Of a stretch of DNA of 64,000 nt, positions 53,384 to 64,000 are shown piece after piece. How positions within the stretch are numbered: position 1 is the stretch's first letter; each line of letters opens with the position of its first letter. The DNA comes from Octopus vulgaris (Eukaryota), in the NCBI GenBank assembly GCA_951406725.2, contig OX597814.1:188170001-188234000 (forward strand), given 5' to 3'. The notes under the pieces were generated by a model. That model saw only the letters and a program-made list of their open reading frames with translations, was not told where the DNA came from and ran no database searches. The position numbers were made by a program, and so were the translations under genes.

Positions 53384-54239
53384 CTGAGAGTAAAGAAAAT
53401 AATTTTATGTATGTTGTTAATGTCATTCGTCAAGGAATGAATTTCACAATTTCTCCTTTTGAAAGTTTTACATGTTAAGATACTACTTGCTTCCACGATA
53501 GAAAAAAAGAAGAAGACCAATGCAAACAAACAAGAACTAACCAAATATTGGTTTCAAATTTTGGCACAGGGCCAGCAATTTCAGGGGAAGGGTTAAGTTA
53601 ATAACATCGATCCCAGTGCACCGCTGGTACTTATTTTATCGACCCCGAAAGGATGAAAGGTAAAGTCGACCTCAGCAGAATTTGAACTCTGAACGTAATG
53701 ACAGACGAAATACCGCTAAGCATTTCGCTCGGCGTGCTAACGTTTCTGCCAGCTCGCCGCCTTTCTATCCTACAATGTTACCCCACATGTAGCCACATAC
53801 TTGTTTGGTAGGGTTATTGGGGGCTAAAATATAACAATACAAACCACAACATATACGTCTTTATAAAAGGTAACGGTAAAGACCCCGTTCAGTCATGAAT
53901 GACCACGGGATTGCACCGAAAAACCTGTCTTCTGAGGCACAAGTCCGGGCAAGGTTGTTTATGGAAGACCAGCAGTCGCCTATGCATATCAGCCTCCCCT
54001 CTCCACGTCACCGATGTTATCCAAGGGACAGGCAAAGAGAGATACAGTTTGGTACCAGTGGTAAAATTTGTGAACTAATACTGAATATAAAATGCTAGAA
54101 AAGAAGACAAGCAGTCATAAACAGAAAGTTGGTTGAACGTTGTGTAAACAACCCAGAAATATTTCTGACACACGCGAACGCTGTCAGGGGACTATAATGG
54201 CGACGAATCTGAAATCTGCAAGAAGCCGGTTCTAAAACC

Positions 54240-55059
54240 GGATCTTTTCCCTTTGAAAGGCAGATCGAGAAATTAATTTTTTGTAACTAAACACTTTCAA
54301 ACTCCGGACACTGGTAGAATCTATCATATAAAACATATTTAACTCATAGTGTTGTTGAGAAAAGTTTATATTTTCAAAGTTATTTCCTGTTAAAGTAGTC
54401 GTATTTCAACTAATCAATGACGTGTATTCAGATGAATGAAATTACTGCTGTTGTTTGTCAACAACTATCGGCGGTGTATATTTCGTTTGTCACTGTTGTT
54501 TATGACATCATTCGTGCGTTTCTACTGGTTTTAGCTTTGGGGTTAGGGTTAGGCTTGGAATTTTAGGGTTAGAGTTACGGAAAAAAGTGAAAAATGAAGA
54601 AATTGGAGGAGAAGGGATGGGTTGGGGACAAAAAAGTCTTTCCGAAAATAGTAGCTGAAAAACAGGAAAAAAAAACAACTAAAAGCAGTAGAAATGCACG
54701 AACGATTGTGGTGGAGCCATGAAGTAAACATGCTTCAGACACACCCGTTTATTCATACAAACGTAACTAAGATTAGATATGTCATAAATAACAGTGACAA
54801 ACGAAATATACACCACCGGAAGTTGTTGTTGACAAACAACAGCAGTAATATTATTTAGCTGAATACACGTCATTGATTGGTTGAAATTATCGAAATACGA
54901 CAACTTTAACACGAAATAACTTTGAAAATACAAACTTTTCTCAACAACACTAAGAGTAAAAGATGTTTTATATGACACATTCTACCAGTGTCCGAAGTTT
55001 GAAAGTGTTTAGTTACAAAAAATTAATTTCTCCCTCTGCCGTTCAAAGGGTAAAGATCC
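54240..55059. mobile_element. Foldback-type non-autonomous DNA transposon (~270-bp TIRs, 8-bp TSD; MULE- or Merlin-like)
   Basis: ctaaaacc|ggatcttttccctttgaaaggcaga ... tctgccgttcaaagggtaaagatcc|ctaaaacc. Arms 54240-54510 and about 54778-55059 are reverse complements. Confidence 0.92.
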
Positions 55060-55332
55060 CTAAAACCAATATAAACATTAATGTCTAACGAAGTATCAAA
55101 ATACTTACGCAAACGCCGACAAAAATCTCATTTATAAATAATCCAGGAAAAATAACAATGACACTGACAACAACACCACTGATAAAACAAAAAATGCTGT
55201 TGTTAAATCCTTTCCAAACTTCACAGATCTGTTCAGAATGCATTTAAAAATAAATGCTTCGAATCATAGATATGTTACAAAAATTCTAAAAGTGCTTCAG
55301 TAGAACTCAGCATTAAAGACGAGCTTTTAATA

Positions 55333-55772
55333 TCCTTTCTACTATAGGCACAGGGCCTGAAGTTTGGCGGAGGGGACTAGTCAATTACCAGCGTAACTGG
55401 TATTTCATCGGCCCCAAAAGGATGAAAGGCAAAGTAGACCTCAGCGGAATTAGAACTCAGAACGTAAAGACATGCGAAATGCCGCTAAGCATTTTGCTCG
55501 ATGTACTGACGATTCCACCAGCTCGCCGCCTTTAGGCAGGCTTTTAATATTACTCACAACGATAAGATGGCAAGCTGGCAGAATCGTTAGCAAGTCGGGC
55601 AAAATGCTTAACGGCATTTCGTCTGTCTTTACGTTCTGAGATCAAATTCCGCTGAGGTCGACTTTGCCTTTCATCCTTTCGTGGTCGATTAAATACATAC
55701 CAGTTGAACACTCGGGTCGATGAAATCGACTAAACCCCAAACTGCTGGCCTTGTGTCAAAATTTGAAACCAA
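55333..55772. mobile_element. Two SINE B copies head-to-head (minus 55333-55533, plus 55564-55772)
   Basis: Core motifs in opposite orientation about 30 bp apart, with different tails. Confidence 0.85.
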
Positions 55773-55967
55773 TATCACTCATAACATTAATGTATCTATA
55801 ATTCAAGAAACACCCTCATAACCGGAACATAAAACACCCTCTACTCCAAATGGAGATTAAAGGGAGACTAGGCAGACCCTTTCACAACTGGGTTGTTTTA
55901 TAACAAATACATTCACACATTCATGTATGTGTGAATGTGTGTGTGTGTATGTATGTGTGTTATGTAT

Positions 55968-56565
55968 ACTCTTTTACTCTTTACTCTTTTACATGTTTCA
56001 GTCATTTGACTGCGGCCATGCTGGAGCACCGCCTTTAGTCGAGCAACTCGACCCCGGGACTTATTCTTTGTAAGCCCAGTACTTATTCTATCGGTCTCTT
56101 TTGCCGAACCGCTAGGTGACGGGGACGTAAACACACCAGCATCGGTTGTCAAGCAATGCTAGGGGGACAAACACAGACACACAAACACACACATACATAT
56201 ATATACATATACATATATACGACAGGCTTCTTTCAGTTTCCGCCTACCAAATCCACTCACAAGGCTTTGGTCGGCCCGAGGCTATAGTAGAAGACACTTG
56301 CCCAAGGTGCCACGCAGTGGGACTGAACCCGGAACCATGTGGTTGGTTAGCAAGCTACTTACCACACAGCCACTGTACAATATATACATATATATATGTA
56401 TACAGTCACTTCTAGGCGTAGGAGTAGCTGTGTGGTAAATAGCTTGCTGCTCACGAACCTCATGGTTTCCGGTTCAGTCCCACTGCGTGGCACCTTCTAC
56501 TATAGCCTCGGGCCGACCGAGCCTTGTTACTGGATTTGGTAGACAGAAACTGAAAGAAGCCTGTC

Positions 56566-56613
<48 letters not shown>

Positions 56614-56822
56614 CTGCTTGTCCCCCCAATATCGCTTGACAACCGATGCTGGTGTGTTTACGTCCCCGTAACTCAGCGGTTCGGCAAAAGAGACCGATAG
56701 AATAAGTACTAGGCTTACAAAGAATAAGTCCTGGGGTCGATTTGCTCGACTAAAGGCGGTGCTCCAGCATGGCTACAGTCAAATGACTGAAACAAGTAAA
56801 AGAGTAAAAGATCAAAAGAGAG
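55968..56822. mobile_element. Two SINE A copies head-to-head (minus 55968-56373, plus 56414-56822)
   Basis: Both essentially full length, about 40 bp apart. Confidence 0.92.
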
Positions 56823-58074
56823 AGAAATATATACGTACACACGCGTGTATGTAACTCTGATCCCACGAACCATTCCCATCAGTTTACTTTCTGCAACGGC
56901 AACGCCTTAACATTCTCACAAAGACATAGTTGGATAAAATGAGACAAAACTGCACTCAACACGTTCTGGTTTTCAAATAGGACAGACAACAGAAGAGATA
57001 CTATACTCCCTTTACATCCCAAACAATCCCTGCCAACTCACACACACACATCTTGCCTCGCCATGTTCACTATAATAACTCTTCCATAGACATCACCTAC
57101 TGTTCTACACACCAAGCTGCCGTAATTACTTGGCAAACAGTTCCTCAAGTTTCAAACTTAAAAGACCCACACTGGAACCGGTTCTTATAAGAATAGGAAC
57201 AAAGTTTTGCAGAACTCAACAACACGTTATTCATTAACATTTTTTTGTACATTAGAATGCATATATTTTACAAAATAATTATAGAAACATAAACTGAAAA
57301 AAAAAAAAAGAACTAAAATGAAGAATAAGGGTGAAAGAAATACAGATAAAGGATATGAAAGAACATAGAAAACAGCGCACTATGCATCGTAAGTTAAGTA
57401 CAGATCACCTACACAATAAAAGATATGAATATAAAAGATCACTCGACATAATTTATAGTGACAGTCTTTATTTAACACTATATGAAAATCCATCTTTAAA
57501 GAAAAGACGCGTGCAAATCTCTTGAGCACTCCAACATTGACATCCTAAAAACGCTTTTTCTTCTACTCAGCTCTGCAAGCACGAGGGTGACATACACACG
57601 GAAAAGGCTGTAACATCAGTAACCTCATTTGTCTCAAGCACCACAAGCAATAAGTTGAAGAACGGAAGCTGCCGTTCAAGAATTTGGACCTGGAGATCTC
57701 CATTTCCATCAACTTCGAGGGCCACCGCCCAGTGGTGTCGGGCGTCAACGAAGAGCCCTCGACTACAACAAGACGACCAAAGTTTTTTTCCCCCCAAGGT
57801 CTGGGGTCTCCCGCCCCTAAGCCCTAGACCATCACCTAATCACCCTTACCCGTTTTGTTGCTTAACAACAACAACAACAAGAACGGAAGCTGTGGTGTTC
57901 TGACCGGGTCCGCTTACCGAACTCAGCTGTAACCGCCATAAAAAGCTACGAGAATACCGGAGTTGGCTGGATATTGGAGAGGGTATAATATGTCCAGATT
58001 GTCATATGCGATTCTGCACTGTATGGCATAGTGGAATATGGTATTTAGCTTGTCGATGTTATGGTATATATATA

Positions 58075-58307
58075 TATTTCTTTACTGCCCACAAGGGGCT
58101 AAACATAGAGGGGACAAACAAGGACAGACAAAGGGATTAAGTCGATTACATCGACCCTATTGCGAAACTGGTACTTTATTTATCGACCCCGAAAGGATGA
58201 AAGGCGAAGTCGACTTCGGCAGAATTTGAATTCAGAACATAACGACAGACGAAATACCGCTAAGCATTTCGTCCGGCGCGCTAACGTTTCTGCCAGCTTG
58301 CCGCCTT
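58075..58307 (-). mobile_element. SINE B monomer
   Basis: Complete family B copy. Confidence 0.9.
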
Positions 58308-58852
58308 CAAGTTGTATATATAACTGGCAAGATGCATCTGTGTCGTAACTCGATGTTTGACCGTCTGTCTAGTCTAGTTTGCGAATCCTCTGTATCCCAG
58401 GATGGTTCAACTCCCCACCCGTTAAAAGCCACAATTTACGGAATGAGGATAACAACGTAGCTTTCGCGCCCGTGCAACCGCCAGTCTATCGCGTGTGGTG
58501 GGTGGACCTTCAAGTTGCCACACGCATTCTTAGTAGCTTAGAGTAGGCTCGAATTAGAGATTATTCTTTGTGGCTAATGGCGTGAATCCTGATTGGAAGA
58601 AGAAAAAGAACAGCAACAATAAGAAGAACGGTGATAACTACTACTGAGTCGCTTTAATTGTTAGGAACCCATTCCCCCAGCCAAATGTCTCTACCGTCAT
58701 AAAATTGGAAAGGATACATTTGATAATGCATTCCTTGAAATTCACAAAAAGACGGATTGGTCACTACTGAAATGTCTATGATTATAGGTCTGCTCGACAA
58801 TGGTTAACTTGGGGTTAAACAAAACAATGTTGCTTGTTGGCTGGACAGCAGA

Positions 58853-59422
58853 AATTGTACTGGAAGGCTTCTGGTTAGATGCACAACCATGACCAGAGGC
58901 AGGAATCGATGGAGAGAGATGATGCATGCGTCCATAGTTGCTGATATTCAGCAATGTGGATGGGGATATATATGGCAAGGCAATCAACAACATTGCCTCA
59001 CACACAGTTGGGTAGATTTGCTAGTAAAAATAATTAGGAGAAGAAGAAGAAGAAGAAGAAGAAGAAGAAGAAGAAGAAGAAGAAGAAGAAGAAGAAGAAG
59101 AATAATGATAATAATAATAAGAAGAAGAAGAAGAAGGAGAAGAAGAAGAAGAAGAAGAAGAAGAAGAATGATAATAATAATAAGAAGAAGAAGAAGAAGG
59201 AGAAGAAGAAGAAGAAGAAGAAGAAGAAGAAGAAGATCAGAAAATATTAAGATTTACTCATTGAATATTGTACTGGAAAACTTCTGGCTAGATGCACAAC
59301 CATGACCAGAGACAGGAATCGATGGAGAGAGATGATGCATGTGTTCATGGTTACTCACATTCAGCAATGTGGATGGGGATATATATGGCAAGGCAATCGA
59401 CAACATTGCCACACACACAGTT
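58853..59422 (+). repeat. Direct duplication of a ~157-bp RTE-like 3' fragment around an (AGA)n/(ATA)n tract
   Basis: 58853-59009 and 59266-59422 both read attgtactggaa...gatgcacaaccatgaccagag.caggaatcgatggagagagatgatgcatg...cacacacagtt (MTRDRNRWREMM, an RTE-like DRxxWR motif). Confidence 0.85.
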
Positions 59423-60087
59423 ACTGTGTTATCATATTAACTAAAACTCGCCCCCATACGGTTACCATGTCTACATTTATACCTCCTACACCAACATACA
59501 GGCATACATACTTATCTTAACATTAACATAAAGACACACATGTATACTCGAACACACAGAGACAGATTCACAAACACACTCATCAAAACACAAATACGCA
59601 ATTGGATTACACAGAGATTCCCACAAACACACACAAACATATACAGAAAACATATACATACACACACACACACACACACACACGAACTCGGGTACACGCG
59701 TAATAACGAAAACACTCGAACACAGATTCAGATACACACCCACTCATACACACACATACGAACACACGTACACACATACTAATGCAACCTCGCGAACATA
59801 GATTCAGTCAGACAGACAGACAGACACACACACAGACACACAGACACAAAGACACACACACACGCGCGCGCGCACAACAGTGATTTCTAATTTAGTGTAC
59901 AGTGTAAAAATTTTGAGAAGTAGGTTGTTGGTTGATATCAACGACTCCAGTACTTGACTAGGACTTTATTTTATCGACCGCACTGTGGGGTGAGGGTGGG
60001 GGACGGAACGAAATGGGAAGTTGGGCTCGGCACGACTTGAACTCAGAATATAAAGAGTCAAAACTAATATCCCGAAACATCTTTGCG

Positions 60088-60253
60088 CGGGTGCGGCTGT
60101 GTGGTAAGTAGCTTGCTTCCCAACCACATGGTTCCGGGTTCAGTCCTACAGCGTGGCACCTTGGGCCATTGTCTTCTACTATAGCCTCGGGCCGACCAAA
60201 GCCTTGTGAGTGGATTTGGCAGACGGAAACTGAAAGAAGCCCATCGTATATAA

Positions 60254-60284
<31 letters not shown>

Positions 60285-60524
60285 TGTATGTATGTATGTA
60301 TGAGTGTGTATATGTTGTGTATCTGTGTTTGCCCCCCCAATATCTCTTGACAACTGATGCTGGTGTGTTTAGGTCCCCGTAACTTAGCGGTTCGGCAAAT
60401 GACACCGATAGAATAAGTACTAGGCTTACAAAAAACAAGTCCTGGGGTCGATTTGATTCGACTAAAGGCGGTGCTCCAGCATGGCCGCAGTCAAATGACT
60501 GAAACAAGTAAAAGAATAAAAGAA
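60088..60524 (+). mobile_element. SINE A copy with internal (TATG)n
   Basis: Full-length family A copy. Confidence 0.92.
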
Positions 60525-61250
60525 TACTTGTCCAGTTCCATACAACCATATTGACACCGATTGATACCTACATAAGCATCACTCAATTATACATACATGC
60601 ACGCACTCACAAATGTACATGCACGCACTCGCACACATAGAAACGTACCACGCCTCAAAACAGTCGTAAAATGCAAGCACTCACGCAGTCACATTCAACA
60701 TATATACAGATGCATGCATGAATACATTCGAATAGACATGCACATTTGTGAATACTACACATATACAACACACACATGTACAAACGTCGGACGTGATAAG
60801 GCCTATCGCTGCAGAAAGAGACTCGGGAGAAAAACCTCCACATAGACTTGTGTAAATATACAATTTTCTATACTTTGACTGAGTTCTGTCATTCATAAAT
60901 TTGTTTGTTGTTGTTTTTGATGATGGGGAAATTTACCTCTTTATTTTTGGTGTGAAACCTTTCAATAACAACATTAATTAGCTGTCATGCAACAACAACA
61001 ATAATATGTTCAATCTATTAACTGATATATGAATGCTTGTTATTTTTGACTTACAAAACATTTATTGGAAAATTGTATATATGTACACACATACATATAT
61101 ACACATGTGAACATATACATGTACATACGTATGTCTTTACACACACACACATATGTGCGTATATATATATATATCACCATGTTGATTCGCTAGCTTCTGC
61201 ACGCATTTTTTTCTCTCTTCTTGTTTCTCTCCGTGTTTCTTTTCTGTGTA

Positions 61251-61288
61251 TCTTTCTGTTGAAGAGCGTAGGCTCGAAACGTAAAAGA
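61251..61288 (+). ncRNA. Minimal hammerhead-like motif in a probable Penelope-type terminal repeat (about 61200-61386)
   Basis: tcttt CTGTTGA a gagc[gtag]gctc GAAA cg TA aaaga: stems I and II are perfect, the cleavage triplet is GUA, and the core has U in place of A6. Confidence 0.55.
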
Positions 61289-61384
61289 CTTGTTTTATTT
61301 ATATTCCTGGGCGCCATACTAATACAATTGTTTGTTTGTATTCCACCTGCCTTCGTCTTTTGTTTATTTTCATAAAGCTTCCCG

Positions 61385-61478
<94 letters not shown>

Positions 61479-62134
61479 TTGAGTGAAAGTGCATGGCTCT
61501 ATGTTTGCAGTGGGGCTAAAACCTCTTGTATCATCTAAACATGAGAAATTTGAAACTCGTTGAATTTTTCTACATCAAATCAATATGATGAAACTCTTCC
61601 AGGGTTTATTTTTCACATTTTCCTATCATTCGAGAGCATTTTAGTCGAATGAAATGACCCTAGTACATCTTTTTTGTAAAGCTCGGTACTTTTTCAATCG
61701 GTCTCTTTTGCAGAACTGGTAAATTATGGGGACGCAAAGACAGCAAACACGCGCCCCCCTACACACATGCACACGCATCCATTCGACCGCCGCCATACTG
61801 GAGTGCAGTGTTGAAGGGTTTTAGTCGAAGAAATCGAACCCAGAACTTATTTTTTAAGTCTAGTACTTATTCTATCGTTTCCTTTTGCTTAAGCGATGTT
61901 GCGGAGATAGACACAGACACGCAAACATGTACATACATATATACATATATATATATACGACGGGCTTCTTTCAGTTTCCGTCTACCAAATCCACTCGCAA
62001 GGCTTCGGTCGGCCCGAGGCTATAGTAGAAGACACATGCCCAAGGTGCCACTCAGTGGGACTGAACCCGGAACCAGGTGGTTGGTAAGCAAGCTTCTTAC
62101 CACACTTCACTGGCGTATATGTAATTTTGTTTGA

Positions 62135-62750
62135 CTGTGTATATATGTGTGTGTGTGTGTGTGTTTACGAGTGTGTGCGTATGAGTGTATATGCGTGTGT
62201 GAGTGTGTGTATGACTGTGTGCGTATGTGTGTATGAGTGTCTGTGTGCGTATGAACGTGTGCGTTCGCATGAGTGTGTACGTATGAGTGTGTATGTATGT
62301 GTATGTGTGTGTTTGCGTATGTTTGTGTGTGTGTGTGTGGTGAGTATGTATGTGTATGAATGTGTGTGTATGTGTGTGCGCGTATGAGTGTGTATATGTG
62401 TATGCGTGTGCATGTGTGTGTGTACATGTGTGTATATATGCATGTGTGTGTGTGTGTTTGCGTATGTGTGTGTGTGTGTGTGGTGAGTATGTGTGTGTAT
62501 GAATGAGTGTGTATGTGTGTGCGCGTATGAGTGTGTATATGTGTATGTGTGTGCGTGTGTGTATGTATGTGTGTATGTATGCATGTGTGTGTGTGTGTTT
62601 GCGTATGTGTGTGTGTGTGTGGTGAGTATGTGTGCGTATGAATGAGCGTGTATGTGTGTGCGCGTATGAGTGTGTATATGTGTATGTGTGTGCGTGTGTG
62701 TGTGTATGTGTGTATGTATGCATGTGTGTGTGTGTGTGTGTGTGTGTGTA
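62135..62750. repeat. TG-rich tract with ~140-bp higher-order periodicity
   Basis: Landmark ggtgagtatg at 62339, 62482 and 62621, each preceded by tttgcgtatg and followed by gcgcgtatgagtgtgtatatg. Confidence 0.85.
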
Positions 62751-62924
62751 TGATTGCGAATGTAGTTATAAGGACAGAGTGACATTACATGCTGGGATGG
62801 TTTGTTTGTATTTGTTACGTACCATTGTCGCTTACTCAGACACACCCAGATATTAATACACGCATCAATCTGGAACAGTCTGGGTATTACTGACCGATGC
62901 TGCTACAGATAATGAAACCGAAAA

Positions 62925-63301
62925 CTACGACGACGACGACGACCACGGCGACGGCGATGATGGCGTTGATGAAGATGTCTGCTGCTGCTGCTGCTACAGA
63001 TGATGGTAGTGATGATGATGATTATGATGATGATGATGTTGATGATGATGACGAAGATGATGATTATGATGATGATGATGAGGATGGTGTTGGTGATGTT
63101 GATTATGAGGATAATGATCATGATGATTATGATGATGATGATGATGATGATGACGACGATGATGATGAAGATGACTGCTGCTGCTGCTACTGATAATAAT
63201 GGTGATGCTGCTGCTGCTGATGATGATGATAATGATGATGATGGTGATGATTATGATGATGGTGATGGTGATGATGATGATGATGATGATGATGGTGATG
63301 G
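62925..63301. repeat. (GAT)n/(GCT)n trinucleotide tract
   Basis: Direct reading; source of poly-D/M/H/I ORFs. Confidence 0.95.
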
Positions 63302-64000
63302 TCAAAATATAGTTGCAGACCTGACGTTGCAATTGTTCATTTTAATGAGTGTGCCCGTTGTGGCTGTGTTGATTGCTTTGCACTCGGTGCGTGTGGTCGT
63401 GTGTGTGTGTGTGTGTGTCTGTGTATGCGTGTACGTGTGTGTGCATGCGTGTGCACGAGTCTTTGTCTGTGTAATTACATGTAAGGGGTGGGGTCTATTA
63501 TTACAAATGATTGAGTGTGCATTTCCAATTGTGTATTTTGTTTATAAATATACATTTCCAGTTGTGCGTGTGTATATTATGCTTCTAATTACATGTGTCC
63601 CTTCCTACGACTCGGTGGCATGTGTTGCGTTTGTTACAGGTGTGTACATATATGTGTTGTGTGTGGTATGTGTGTGAATATGTATGTATGTGTATGTGTG
63701 TGTGGGTGAGTATGATTATGCATGCGTGTGTGGGGTGTGGGGTTCTGTTGGTGTGCGGGGCTGTGTGTGTGTGTATGTGTGAATGTGTATACGTGTGTAT
63801 GTGTATGTGTGTGTTGGTGTGTGGTTGTGTAGGTGTGCGCGGCTGTGCGTGTGTGTGTGTATGTGAATGTGTATGTATGTGTGTGTGTGTGGGTGAGTAT
63901 GTATGTGCATGTGTGTGTGTGGACGTGTAGTTGTGTAGGTGTGCGCGGCTGTGTGTGTGTGTGGTGGGGGAATGTGTGTGTGGGTGAGTATGTATGTGCA

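Noticed and set aside
57560-57900. Host exon in a GC-richer stretch (KLPFKNLDLEISISINFEGHRPV...)
   Set aside because: No clean splice pair or sustained frame; more likely a decayed LINE ORF1 piece, too weak to annotate.

Overview
AT-rich, extremely microsatellite- and SINE-dense animal DNA. The SINE families look like those of Octopus (coleoid cephalopod); this assignment is an inference. Nearly all ORFs in the supplied track are artefacts of (TA)n/(CA)n/(TATC)n/(TATG)n/(GAT)n tracts or of SINE copies. The only convincing host coding sequence is absent from the track: a 76-nt minus-strand first coding exon of a fatty-acid-binding-protein (FABP/iLBP) family gene at 34572-34647 (MSLNGFIGKWQEQTKEGFDSLISAI-G, phase-1 GTGAGT donor). 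I found no exon 2, so positions 1-34571 are probably intron. The rest is layered mobile DNA: four tRNA-headed SINE heads with interchangeable tails, decayed CR1, RTE, Tx1/L1, Dong/R4 and Penelope retroelements, mariner/Tc1/Tigger remnants, two non-autonomous Helitrons and foldback MITEs. The most unusual signals are RNA-level. (1) Five minimal hammerhead-ribozyme-like motifs occur in three unrelated sequence contexts, including a tandem pair (19894-20048) and a tRNA-headed SINE with a Penelope-type hammerhead tail, inverted arm and TSD (26384-26830); none is fully canonical, so activity is unproven. (2) One SINE repeatedly occurs as head + n x ~184-bp concatemers with the same self-complementary junction, which suggests a circular-RNA or template-jump intermediate. 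Repeat boundaries were read by eye and are approximate unless termini/TSDs are quoted.
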